Positions 53,787 through 63,570 of a stretch of DNA of 64,000 bases are shown piece by piece (positions within the stretch are counted from its first letter, which is position 1; each line of letters opens with the position of its first letter). The DNA comes from a virus. The notes under the pieces were generated by a model. It worked only from the letters and a program-made list of their open reading frames with translations. It made no database searches and was not told the origin of the DNA. The translations under genes were made by a program, and so were the position numbers. The stretch spans positions 64,001 through 128,000 of IMG/VR virus record IMGVR_UViG_3300043570_004127, one strand, 5' to 3'.

Positions 53787-54194
53787 ATGACTTTTTATGA
53801 CCACATAGACGATTTTAGCAACCCGGTTAAGGGTAACGCTGGCGCAAAACGTCCTGTAGGGCTGTATCTGGGTAAGGTCGTTCGTGTTTCTGGGGGGATA
53901 TTTATATCCATACCAACGCTTGCTCCTGGTAGTACTTTTGGCCCCTGTAAAACATTTGGAAGTTACCCAGTGATTGGTCAATCTATTTTATGTGGATTCC
54001 TTGACGGTAAATTTGAAGAACCTGTCGTAATAGGTAAATCTACTCAGTCAAAAGTCTTGAAAGATGTAGATACTCCAGTCGACAGCACCGATGGAAGTAA
54101 TAAACTATATGTGGACACTCAGATAGCAAACCTGCTTTCTTATGTAAATACGCAGCTAGCGACAAAGGCGAACAACGGTCATGGACACTCTTAA
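53787..54194 (+). CDS. Baseplate spike / gpV-like protein
   Basis: GLYLGKVVRV...PVIGQSILCGFLDG...PVVIG (OB-fold pattern); likely start MTFYDH. Confidence 0.7.
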   Translation: MTFYDHIDDFSNPVKGNAGAKRPVGLYLGKVVRVSGGIFISIPTLAPGSTFGPCKTFGSYPVIGQSILCGFLDGKFEEPVVIGKSTQSKVLKDVDTPVDSTDGSNKLYVDTQIANLLSYVNTQLATKANNGHGHS

Positions 54195-54483
54195 ACTCCC
54201 AATAGTATTTGATAAGGGTAGGGTTGGTTTGTTGCAGGAAAATACCCGTGATTACTATAACCAGGCCGTAGCTATTGCGTGCCGAATCGAAAAGGGCGAG
54301 TTGGCTCTTGAGCCAACATATGGTGTAAAAGATTCTACTTTTGAAACATTTAGGAAATCCGAGCTAAATTACACGCTTTCAACATTCTGGCCAGAAATTC
54401 GAATAGTAAAACTTGAACAAGACAGGCCTGATAAAAACGGCTCATCTCGTTTGCTTATCGATTTTGCTTTTGAGGGAGAGTAA
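54181..54483 (+). CDS. Baseplate wedge protein (gp25/gpW-like)
   Basis: GELALEPTYGV...FWPEIRI; position. Confidence 0.75.
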   Translation: MDTLKLPIVFDKGRVGLLQENTRDYYNQAVAIACRIEKGELALEPTYGVKDSTFETFRKSELNYTLSTFWPEIRIVKLEQDRPDKNGSSRLLIDFAFEGE

Positions 54484-54485
54484 TC

Positions 54486-55979
54486 ATGGCATCTCCGGAT
54501 TTTTCGAACTACATCGACCTAACAGTAAACGACAAGCAACCAGATGAGATATACAACGAGGCTGTTGATTATGCAAAAATAGCATTGCCCGAGTTTTCTC
54601 CTCGCTCCGGAACGGTTGAGGATGCAGTTTTGCAATCAACAGCGTACATGGCTGGCGTTACATCTGGAGCGATAAACCGACTTCCGAATGGCCTCATGGA
54701 AGGAATAATGAGGTTAATCGGTGTTGTTAGAAAAGAAGCAACATTCGGTTCTGTGGATGTTGAATTTACCCTTAGCGGTGATGGACTAACGGTTCCAGCT
54801 GAAACAATTGTTTACTTCCAAACGACGGATGGAGACATAACGGTTCAATATCCATTTATTCTATCGGCCGATACAACTGCTGTTAGTAGTGAGTCGACAG
54901 TAACCGCCACCCTAACATCCCAAATCGGTGGAATCCTGCCAACAATGGACATCGGAACAATTCTTAGTTTGTCGCAAGCAAATACTGTTGTTCTGTCGGC
55001 AGCGACCGCGTCGAACGTAACGCAGGGAGCAAGAGCAGAAACCGAAGCCGAATATTTTGAAAGGGCAACTACTTACTTGGAATCGCTTTCCTCCTGTCTC
55101 GCCACGGCCAAACAGGTTGAGAACTATATTCTTGCAAACTATTCCGAAGTATATAGATGCAAGGTTTACGATTTAACACAAGCGATTACCTACGAAGCAC
55201 CCGCGAGTGCCGTAAATGCTGAAAAATCCGGATACTCAACAACCGTTCTTGCGGATTCCGATTTCGTCATAGCTCTCTATCAGCTCGACTCTCAGATAGT
55301 TAGAGCCGTGACTCCTTCATTGTCTCTCTCTAGTTATGAATCAACAATTCCTTCTGGACATTACATTGGAGCATCGGTTGGGGCTTCGGCTGGAAGCTCT
55401 TCGGTTGCTTACTCAGATTCAGCATCCGTGCTCGGGCAATATGGTCCTATAAGCCTTATTGCACTTGAATCGCTGCTTCTCGCAGACGTAGGCGACAACC
55501 CAGGGCATTTTGTTATCTTCATGTGCGACCAGGACGGAATGCCGGTTCTATCCAGTATTAAAAATGAGATTTACACTGATGTGGCTGAAAAAATCACAGC
55601 CGGTTTAACCTTTAAGATATTAGACGCATTTCCAGTGGACATCGATTTCACTGTAACTATTTCTGTTGATGCAGAGTTCGGAGCGAGCACTGTTGCCACA
55701 TCGCTAGCCGCAGACCTCGAAACGTACATGTCCGTTGCGGAATGGCCAAACTGGAACTCTTTTGTCCGTATATTCGACGTCGTTGTAAGGTCAAGCAAGA
55801 TTGCCGGAGTATCTTACGTTTACAGCGTTACACCATCGATACCAACTTCGGCAGAAGGTGCAATGGAGGGAAATGAAGACCTTCTCTCTGAGGTAACTGA
55901 CGATGGAAACCTTCTTGGTTATCAATTTCTTTATGCTGGAGTGATGCCTAGGGCGACAGTGGAAGTGCTCGTTATTTAA
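54486..55979 (+). CDS. Baseplate J-like protein
   Basis: LPEFSPRSGTVE...RLIGVVRKEAT...GARAETEAEYFER. Confidence 0.85.
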   Translation: MASPDFSNYIDLTVNDKQPDEIYNEAVDYAKIALPEFSPRSGTVEDAVLQSTAYMAGVTSGAINRLPNGLMEGIMRLIGVVRKEATFGSVDVEFTLSGDGLTVPAETIVYFQTTDGDITVQYPFILSADTTAVSSESTVTATLTSQIGGILPTMDIGTILSLSQANTVVLSAATASNVTQGARAETEAEYFERATTYLESLSSCLATAKQVENYILANYSEVYRCKVYDLTQAITYEAPASAVNAEKSGYSTTVLADSDFVIALYQLDSQIVRAVTPSLSLSSYESTIPSGHYIGASVGASAGSSSVAYSDSASVLGQYGPISLIALESLLLADVGDNPGHFVIFMCDQDGMPVLSSIKNEIYTDVAEKITAGLTFKILDAFPVDIDFTVTISVDAEFGASTVATSLAADLETYMSVAEWPNWNSFVRIFDVVVRSSKIAGVSYVYSVTPSIPTSAEGAMEGNEDLLSEVTDDGNLLGYQFLYAGVMPRATVEVLVI

Positions 55980-55980
55980 T

Positions 55981-57252
55981 ATGGGCGCCATAACCAACAG
56001 GCTTTCTGGTGCGCAGTTCACGCTTTCGGAGTTCGGCACTGCCAATTCATGGACCAGCGATGACATGGGCATTTCTGTTGATACAACTTCAGAGCTTTGG
56101 ACTTCTTCGGCCAACAAGCAACTTGCATTAACAATTCTTAACGACGACCATACTGGGACAATACGATTAGATTCTGCAGAAATAGGTTTAAGTGATTTAA
56201 CTAAACCCATCATTTTTACATGTGGTATAAAAATGCCATCTGGAGGAACGGTTGAAGTTAGTCTTGGGCACTCTAGCCAAGAAGAAGAAAACTCTGTCAA
56301 TACCCTCAAGGCAGTGCAGGGCTCGACATCCGTAGTTAACGCAGTTGGAGTTGTAAACCCACAATGGTTCATATTTAGAAGCGACCCGATTATCCCGATT
56401 TCTCCTGTTGGCACAACGGGAATGACAATCCACATAACTTTTACAGCAAACGACGCAACCGCACCTATCTACTTTACTTTGCCGGTTCTATGTCAAAATT
56501 ACGAATTTGCTTCAAAAAACACAATACTTAGCAGCGTGGCGCAGAATATACCAAGAGTGTTTTTGGATATTGACTTTGAACAGACCAGTGGGATAGACCT
56601 CCCATTTATGAGATTGCTTGATATTTTTACAAATGGACTGGATGAATCATATCAACAAATGGGAAAATACGCATATCTGGATATCGAACAAGGCTACAAC
56701 GACTCGGACAACACAACAAAAAGTACGCTAGTCAATCCTGACGTGGCCGACTTTGAAACGCTTACATGGTTGTGTAAATTTACGGGAACAAAACCCGTAA
56801 CACGATACGAATCATCACTAGATACGGTGACAGTACCATTTATTTTGGGAGATGAAATTTCCTCTGGTTCACTTCTTGACAGCGATGATGGTTTGCTGCT
56901 TACCAGTTACACAGAATTGAGTCCTCCGGTTTTCACGCTTGCGAAACAAGTTGAACTACTTAGTTGGCAGGTTGACAATGGGTATTATGGGATTAATGCT
57001 GGTACTCTTCCTGCCGTTGTGGATGCAGCTAAACAACAGCTAACAGGGGAGAAATCAGTTGTTGTGGAGTATGACTATGAAACAACACCATGGGTAATCA
57101 ATCTTTCCAGTGAGTGGTATGAGACATACGGCTCAACGGGCGAGGAAGATGTTGGGAGTTCATCAAAACTCGTTTTGGGTGCTGTTGAATATGCCCGTCC
57201 GCTCGGGGTGAAAATAACACACACAATGACGCATACCGTGACCATACAATGA
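55981..57252 (+). CDS. Baseplate wedge / gpI-like tail protein
   Basis: After gpJ; LVNPDVADFETLTWL...GTLPAV...ARPLGVKITH. Confidence 0.65.
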   Translation: MGAITNRLSGAQFTLSEFGTANSWTSDDMGISVDTTSELWTSSANKQLALTILNDDHTGTIRLDSAEIGLSDLTKPIIFTCGIKMPSGGTVEVSLGHSSQEEENSVNTLKAVQGSTSVVNAVGVVNPQWFIFRSDPIIPISPVGTTGMTIHITFTANDATAPIYFTLPVLCQNYEFASKNTILSSVAQNIPRVFLDIDFEQTSGIDLPFMRLLDIFTNGLDESYQQMGKYAYLDIEQGYNDSDNTTKSTLVNPDVADFETLTWLCKFTGTKPVTRYESSLDTVTVPFILGDEISSGSLLDSDDGLLLTSYTELSPPVFTLAKQVELLSWQVDNGYYGINAGTLPAVVDAAKQQLTGEKSVVVEYDYETTPWVINLSSEWYETYGSTGEEDVGSSSKLVLGAVEYARPLGVKITHTMTHTVTIQ

Positions 57253-57346
57253 TTTTGCTTATTGGTACATCTATTGACGTAAATAATTGACATAAATTTA
57301 ATAGGTTATAATTTAGAGACTATCGACGATAAAGGCCCTAGTAACC

Positions 57347-58633
57347 ATGACAATCCAGACATTTACAGCAGGACAAAGACTGACAGCGCTTCAGCTGAAC
57401 ACGCTCCAGGCAAGTGATTTTAATTTTACACGTAACGTTCGAAATGATTTGACGTACACTTTCGCCCTTTCAGATAAAGGTAAATTGGTAGAAAGCACTA
57501 ATGCTGGTGCGGCTGTTTTCACGATAGCCAATGACAGTTCTGTCGAATTTACCGTCGGCGACAGAATCGATGTTCTTCTTGCTTCTGTTGGCTCGGTAAC
57601 CATTTCTCCTGCCTCTGGGGTGACCCTGTATGCCGAGGGCGACATCACAACAGTTGCCTCAGCATGGACAAGGCTCACCCTTATCAAGAGAGCGGAAAAT
57701 TCCTGGGTTATGACCGGTACTGGAATGTCTGTCCAGACCGTGGAACTAGACGACCTTGCAGTCACGACTGCAAAAATCGCCAACCTCAACGTTACAACTG
57801 GAAAAATAGCAGATGATGCGGTTAACGGCGACAAAATTGCGGACTCTTCTGTAACCTCGGCACACATTGTTGATGGGACCATCGTCAACGGGGACGTCAG
57901 TGCTTCTGCAGCGATTGCTTATAGCAAATTGAATCTTGGGACGTCAATCGTTAATGCTGATGTGAGTGCATCTGCTGCGATTGATTATGCCAAGTTAAAT
58001 CTTGGCACATCAATTGTTAATGCTGACGTCAGTGCATCTGCTGCGATTGTTGACACAAAACTTGCAACCATCTCAACCGCCCTAAAGGTATCGAACTCAG
58101 CAACGACAGCAACGAATGCTAATACGGCTTCTGCAATTGTTGCCCGCGATGCTTCTGGCGACTTTTCCGCTGGAACCATTACTGCAAATTTGACAGGCAT
58201 AGCAACCTATACGGCGGAGTGGGTTCTTGGAGCAAATGGTTCTAGTCACTACACTTTTGCAGGACCAGGTTTCACTGGTTCTGAAGACGACCCCATCCTC
58301 CACCTGGTTAGAGGGCAAAAATATAAATTCACAAATACGATGGGAGCTCATCCGTTCAGAATCCAAAGCACTGTAAATGGTTCTACGGGAACTGCGTACA
58401 ATGACGGAATAACAAACAACGATGTTTCGAACGGAACATTAATTTGGGATGTTCAGTTTGACGCTCCTACTGTCCTTTACTACCAATGCACTGCTCACGG
58501 AACAATGGGTGGCGCAATTTATATTGTTAACGACACTGCTTCAATGATTGGTACTCGCACTGTGTTCGTTCAACAAGCTACGCCAACCGCTCTTGCGACT
58601 GGGGATATCTGGTTCCAGGTAACAGGACTCTAA
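57347..58633 (+). CDS. Tail fibre protein with 22-aa repeats and a cupredoxin-like domain
   Basis: FTAGQRLTALQLN N-terminus; VTTAKIA repeats; GAHPFRI...LYYQCTAHGTMGG. Confidence 0.8.
   Translation: MTIQTFTAGQRLTALQLNTLQASDFNFTRNVRNDLTYTFALSDKGKLVESTNAGAAVFTIANDSSVEFTVGDRIDVLLASVGSVTISPASGVTLYAEGDITTVASAWTRLTLIKRAENSWVMTGTGMSVQTVELDDLAVTTAKIANLNVTTGKIADDAVNGDKIADSSVTSAHIVDGTIVNGDVSASAAIAYSKLNLGTSIVNADVSASAAIDYAKLNLGTSIVNADVSASAAIVDTKLATISTALKVSNSATTATNANTASAIVARDASGDFSAGTITANLTGIATYTAEWVLGANGSSHYTFAGPGFTGSEDDPILHLVRGQKYKFTNTMGAHPFRIQSTVNGSTGTAYNDGITNNDVSNGTLIWDVQFDAPTVLYYQCTAHGTMGGAIYIVNDTASMIGTRTVFVQQATPTALATGDIWFQVTGL
57881..58063 (+). repeat. About three tandem 66-bp repeats encoding IVNADVSASAAIxYxKLNLGTS
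   Basis: Visible in both the translation and the DNA. Confidence 0.85.
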
Positions 58634-58634
58634 T

Positions 58635-60521
58635 ATGGCAATTCAATGGGGTGCATACGTTGGCCCTGCGTCAGGCTCAGGATTTAGTACTTCCAACAGG
58701 ATGCGCGTTGGCGTTGAGCTTACCGCTTCAACTCCAGCGTCAGGTCTGGATACAACCAGCACCATAACTGCTCAGATGTACACCCAGAACGAATTGTCTG
58801 GTACATCAAACTGGAATGATGCTCAAACACTGTCATCCGTTGCAAGCGTTGCTGGAGCCACATGGGGAGCGGGTGGTGCGGCTTTTACAAACCAGGAGTC
58901 AAACGGAATAACTGCTAGAGGTGTTCTTAAAACCTACACCTATACATACTCAACCTACGGTTCCAGCCCTGGAAATATCTCTTTCCAAGCAACTCTCGGT
59001 GGAGCGTTTAACGGCATCACTCCGACCGTGACTGCAACTCTTGCAATTCCCGCAAGACCTGTTACAACGACTACCACAACTACTACAACTACTACCACAA
59101 CGACCACACCAGCACCGCCGTTTTTCCCGCCAGAATTTACACCGGCAACGACTACAACAACGACTACCACTACGACGACTACGCTCCCTCCGGCTACTGC
59201 TCCAGGCGCACCAACAACAGTTCTCGGAACTGCTGGTAATGCTCAGGTTGCATTGTCTTGGACAGCTCCAGCTTCGAATGGTGGGGCATCGATTACCGAT
59301 TATGTAGTGCAGTATTCTTCTGACTCGGGCTCAACATGGGCAACATTTGCTGACGGTACATCAACTGCAGCGTCCGCCACAGTAACGGGTCTGACGAACG
59401 GAACAAGCTACATATTCCGTGTCGCAGCAGTGAACAGTGTTGGGACTGGAAGTTACTCAACATCATCGTCGGCAGTGACGCCGGTAACTACGCCGGGGGC
59501 ACCAGTAACGATTACCGCAACTCCTGGTAGTGGAGAAGTTGGATTGACATGGCTTGCCCCTGCATCAACAGGTGGGTCAAGCATCACTGATTATTCCGTT
59601 CAATATTCTTCTGACTCGGGTGGAACGTGGAGCTTGTTTTTTGAGGGCGTGTCAACCGCAACATCAGCAACTGTTACAGGCCTGACGAACGGAACGAGTT
59701 ACACATTCCGTGTTGCTGCGACAAACAGTGTTGGGACTGGACCTTACTCATTGTCATCGTCGGCAGTGACGCCTTCTGCTGCAACAACTACGACTACAAC
59801 CACCACTACAACTGCTGCCCCTACGACGACTACAGCTACAACCGCTGCTCCTGGTGTGAGTATCTCCAAGGTTTGGAATGGTTCATCCTGGGTTGCTACA
59901 ACCCCCCAGGTATGGAACGGAACGGCATGGGTGTCAGCAATATCCCGCGCATGGGATGGTATTCAATGGGTGGCTCCAGGGGCTACGACTACGACGGCTG
60001 CTCCAACGACAACTACCACTACCACGACGACGCTTGCTCCAACGACTACAACAACGACTACCACTGCCGCCCCTACGACTACAACAACGACTACCACTGC
60101 CGCTCCTACGACTACGGCTGCGCCTACAACAACTGGAGCCCCTCCATGCTTCGGTTGTACTACTGCCTCGTGGGACGGTGTCACGTATTCATGCGATGGC
60201 ACAATGAGTTACGAGTATTGGACGGCTGGATGTCCTGGATGTACAGGTGAAGGCGGATATAACGGAGCCTACAGAGACGGGAAGTGCGGTTACACGGCAC
60301 CCGTGACCACCGAGGCCACGGCTGCACCAGTTGTTTGCACTCCTTTCGACGGATATTCCTGGACTGGGGGCTATTACTATGGAGCACTCAACGAAGGTGG
60401 AGCGAGCTGTGCAACTTGGTGTAGCTGCAACCCAGTCACCAATGGCTATAGTCAATCTGTATGGAAAATATACGCCAAAGCCGGTTGTGGAAACGCCAAC
60501 CTATTCATAGGCTGTAGTTAA
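58635..60521 (+). CDS. Fibre/adhesin-like virion protein: two fibronectin type III domains, mucin-like Thr/Pro tracts, Cys-rich C-terminus
   Basis: Two copies of W.APAS.GG.SITDY.VQYSSDSG.TW...TVTGLTNGTSY.FRVAA.NSVGTG; poly-Thr runs; Cys-rich end. Confidence 0.85.
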   Translation: MAIQWGAYVGPASGSGFSTSNRMRVGVELTASTPASGLDTTSTITAQMYTQNELSGTSNWNDAQTLSSVASVAGATWGAGGAAFTNQESNGITARGVLKTYTYTYSTYGSSPGNISFQATLGGAFNGITPTVTATLAIPARPVTTTTTTTTTTTTTTTPAPPFFPPEFTPATTTTTTTTTTTTLPPATAPGAPTTVLGTAGNAQVALSWTAPASNGGASITDYVVQYSSDSGSTWATFADGTSTAASATVTGLTNGTSYIFRVAAVNSVGTGSYSTSSSAVTPVTTPGAPVTITATPGSGEVGLTWLAPASTGGSSITDYSVQYSSDSGGTWSLFFEGVSTATSATVTGLTNGTSYTFRVAATNSVGTGPYSLSSSAVTPSAATTTTTTTTTTAAPTTTTATTAAPGVSISKVWNGSSWVATTPQVWNGTAWVSAISRAWDGIQWVAPGATTTTAAPTTTTTTTTTLAPTTTTTTTTAAPTTTTTTTTAAPTTTAAPTTTGAPPCFGCTTASWDGVTYSCDGTMSYEYWTAGCPGCTGEGGYNGAYRDGKCGYTAPVTTEATAAPVVCTPFDGYSWTGGYYYGALNEGGASCATWCSCNPVTNGYSQSVWKIYAKAGCGNANLFIGCS

Positions 60522-60557
60522 GCGCAAATTCTATTCCTAGAATAAACAGGAGAATAC

Positions 60558-60794
60558 ATGTCAGACGCACCAAGATTCATCAACCCACGAGAAACACCAG
60601 ACGGATTCGAATGGTTTGCCTTTGTTGTAGATGGCGAAGTGGCTTGGTCGGAGCCTGTACCAATCCAAGAAGAAGCAAAAATTGCTGCACTTTTGTCTGG
60701 TGTGCAAGCGGTACGTCTTGCCGGAGATGAAAGATTCACGGTTATTTCTGGATACGGATACACGGATGGTGTATTCACTCCTCCGACTGTCTAA
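60558..60794 (+). CDS. Small protein following the fibre gene
   Basis: AGGAG RBS; FAFVVDGEVA...GYGYTDGVFTPP. Confidence 0.7.
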   Translation: MSDAPRFINPRETPDGFEWFAFVVDGEVAWSEPVPIQEEAKIAALLSGVQAVRLAGDERFTVISGYGYTDGVFTPPTV

Positions 60795-60824
60795 ATTTTC
60801 CTTATATTGATGTAGGATGCCTTT

Positions 60825-61055
60825 ATGACAAGTCCATGGCAAGAGTATAAAAAAAAGCTCGGCGACACACGTCCGTGGGATTTGGTAAACCCACATATTG
60901 AACACGTTTCCGAGGACGTTTCATCAGCGCGATACGCAATATGTGAAGCGTGTCCAAGTTTGCTAAAACTTACCCACCAGTGCAAAGAATGTGGTTGCTT
61001 CATGAAACTAAAAGTAAAACTACCTGCAGCAGCTTGCCCGCTCGGCAAATGGTAG
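60825..61055 (+). CDS. Small Cys-rich protein (DUF6171-like)
   Basis: RYAICEACP...QCKECGCFM...CPLGKW; TAGGAT 6 nt before the ATG. Confidence 0.75.
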   Translation: MTSPWQEYKKKLGDTRPWDLVNPHIEHVSEDVSSARYAICEACPSLLKLTHQCKECGCFMKLKVKLPAAACPLGKW

Positions 61056-62068
61056 TAAAAGAGAATTTAAATAAGTACAAGATAACCGATGCCCAAATAG
61101 ACCCATTCGGTTACTGTAACGCGAAGTGCTGGTTCTGCCCTGTCAGGTATCAAAAGAATCCCCCACATGCAGCAAAGCATATGCCGGTTGATTTATTGGA
61201 CAAGATATTTTCTGAGTTGATAAAAGAAAAAGAAAAACCAAACGGTGTAGTTGAAGCAAACTTTAATCATTTTTATACCGCTCACTACAATGAGATTTTG
61301 CTATACAAGCACTTGGACGAGATGCTGTATTTGGCCAAATGTTATGGGTTAAAAACCATGATACTTTCAAACGGTGTCAATCTCACCGAAGAAAAGGTGG
61401 AGATACTCCAACGACACAAAGACGTTATAAGCGGAATCAATTTAAACATTCCCGCATTTGAGGATGGTTTATGGCAGGAACGTTCAGGAGTCACAAGATA
61501 CGATTTTGACCATGTAAGACAAAACGTATTACGAACAATGGAAGCGTTTCCAGAATACACAGCAAATGGAGCGTTTTCAATAGGTGTAAATATACCCACC
61601 GCGCCGCACATGGAAGAAAATGGCGGACGGATGGAGATGCTCGAGAATGCACCAAAGATAGATTTGGACCCCTTGACAGGAGAATCTCCGACACAAGTCG
61701 CATTGGCTAAATCGCTATTTCCCGGTCTCACTGTTTATCCAGTGGAATCATTAATTGATAGGGCTGCGATACTGGCAGAACATAAAGTGATTGATAATGC
61801 CAAAGCAATTTTGAGGTACAACAAAGGCGATAAAACTAGAGTAGTTGGTTGTTCTAATGGAACAATTGGGCGAATATATGGCTGGCTGCATGTCAACGCC
61901 CTTGGGGAAGCGTTTCTCTGCTGTAACGATTATGACTTTGACTATACTTTTGGCAACATGAACGACAGCACACTCGACGAGATATGGCGTAGCGACGAAC
62001 ATGCCGCAATGATAGAGAGAGCCTTGGGTTCAATATGTGTGTCTTGCGCAAGCGCTATATGGAAATGA
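61049..62068 (+). CDS. Radical SAM enzyme with a SPASM/twitch domain
   Basis: CNAKCWFC (CxxxCxxC); C-terminal C...LCCND...FGN...CVSC; likely start MVVKEN at 61049. Confidence 0.9.
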   Translation: MVVKENLNKYKITDAQIDPFGYCNAKCWFCPVRYQKNPPHAAKHMPVDLLDKIFSELIKEKEKPNGVVEANFNHFYTAHYNEILLYKHLDEMLYLAKCYGLKTMILSNGVNLTEEKVEILQRHKDVISGINLNIPAFEDGLWQERSGVTRYDFDHVRQNVLRTMEAFPEYTANGAFSIGVNIPTAPHMEENGGRMEMLENAPKIDLDPLTGESPTQVALAKSLFPGLTVYPVESLIDRAAILAEHKVIDNAKAILRYNKGDKTRVVGCSNGTIGRIYGWLHVNALGEAFLCCNDYDFDYTFGNMNDSTLDEIWRSDEHAAMIERALGSICVSCASAIWK

Positions 62069-62069
62069 T

Positions 62070-62993
62070 ATGGCATCGATATTCATACAAATACCTTCTT
62101 ATAGGGATTTTGAATTAAACAAAACTGTTGCCAGCGCAGTGACCAATGCGAGCGGAGCAAACAAGCTTTCGTTTGGTATTCATAACTGCATTTTGTTTGA
62201 TGGCGAAATAGAAGTTAAAACAGATTACCCAGAATGGGTCACTATTAACTCGGCGACAAGTATTGCACCGCAAAACATAGGCCTACAGCAGGCAAGGTAT
62301 TTAGCAAACGAGTTTTACGACGGAGAAGACTACTACCTTCAAATTGACTCGCACATGCGATTTTTCGAAAATTGGGACGCATCACTCATCAACGATATAC
62401 GCTACTATCAAAACCTGGGCTTGCCTAAGCCACTTATTACTCAGTATCCGCCAGCTTATACATACAACGACGACGGAAAAGAAAACATTCAATTCAATCA
62501 GCCGTTTTATCAATGTGGAATCTGGTTTGGCGAGAAGGTAGAAAATTTTAAGGAAACCCTAATTCCCACACAGCAAGCTCGGGTTCTTTTTGATACTTGT
62601 GGATTTATTAAATCTGTTTCTGGCGGTTTTATATTCACACTCGGAAGTTTTGCAAAAGTTAAACCAAATCCAAAAATTGCCTTTTGGGGAGAGGAACCAC
62701 TGATTGCCGCAAGGGCTTTTACTCATGGATTCGACCTGGTGATGCCCTTCTCTCACAATGTGTCTCATTTATATCACTCTCAACAGACATTTGCCAAAAC
62801 ACGTCGCCACCACATATGGGGTGATTTTTCAGAAATCTGGGGGATGATGGATGCTGAATCCAGAACAGAATACAAGAGAATATTCACCGAACGAATAATT
62901 GGCGAAGGGGCATTAGGGACAGAACGCACCCTAGATGAATACGAGGAGTTTTCTGGTTTAAATTTCAGAGACGGAACCATAACCTCATTATGA
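62070..62993 (+). CDS. GT60-like polypeptide GlcNAc transferase (Skp1 Gnt1-like)
   Basis: IFIQIPSYRD...YYLQIDSHMRF...WD...FWGEE...ARAFTHGFD; likely start MASIF. Confidence 0.85.
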   Translation: MASIFIQIPSYRDFELNKTVASAVTNASGANKLSFGIHNCILFDGEIEVKTDYPEWVTINSATSIAPQNIGLQQARYLANEFYDGEDYYLQIDSHMRFFENWDASLINDIRYYQNLGLPKPLITQYPPAYTYNDDGKENIQFNQPFYQCGIWFGEKVENFKETLIPTQQARVLFDTCGFIKSVSGGFIFTLGSFAKVKPNPKIAFWGEEPLIAARAFTHGFDLVMPFSHNVSHLYHSQQTFAKTRRHHIWGDFSEIWGMMDAESRTEYKRIFTERIIGEGALGTERTLDEYEEFSGLNFRDGTITSL

Positions 62994-63568
62994 AGAATCT
63001 CAAAAAGATAAGTGACGATATATATATTGTAAACCTTGTTAGCGGTCGACTTGCTGCGAGGATTATGGATTCCATAAAATTACTCGAAAAGAAAGAGCCA
63101 TGTGGAGGAAGTGAACGAAACCAGTTTACGACACATTCCATAAGTGATTCCGCCTGTGTTGGTGGAATAAGACTTACAACAATTCTGCAATCGATATTCA
63201 AGAGACTAACAAATCAATACTTTCTGAGTACTGGCGTAAGACTAGAAGTTCCATCGTTCCCGAATCAAAGCTGCAATATCAAGAGTCAAGTCAAAGGCCA
63301 ATCACACGGGGTGCATACCGATGGAGGGGACAAGGATTACGGAATTGGCAGGATTCTCCACTCGTCGGTTATATGCCTAAATGATGACTACGAGGGCGGG
63401 AGCACGCAGTTTTACCTAACTGGGACAATGGAAGAACCAAACATTGATATTGACATAAAACTCAAGGCAGGTCAAGCATTAATATTTGACGCGAATCTGA
63501 ACTATCATGGGGTTACCGAAGTCCTATCTGGGACTAGGTTTAGCTTGATTCAATTTTGGAGAGAGTAG
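62990..63568 (+). CDS. 2OG-Fe(II) oxygenase (prolyl-4-hydroxylase-like)
   Basis: HTD...LNDDYEGG...HGVTEVLSGTRFS. Confidence 0.9.
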   Translation: MKNLKKISDDIYIVNLVSGRLAARIMDSIKLLEKKEPCGGSERNQFTTHSISDSACVGGIRLTTILQSIFKRLTNQYFLSTGVRLEVPSFPNQSCNIKSQVKGQSHGVHTDGGDKDYGIGRILHSSVICLNDDYEGGSTQFYLTGTMEEPNIDIDIKLKAGQALIFDANLNYHGVTEVLSGTRFSLIQFWRE

Positions 63569-63570
63569 TC

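Noticed and set aside
57881-60135. Tandem repeats as a CRISPR array or DGR template/variable repeats
   Set aside because: They are in-frame coding repeats with mostly synonymous variation. No spacers, no adenine-specific mismatch pattern and no reverse transcriptase were seen.
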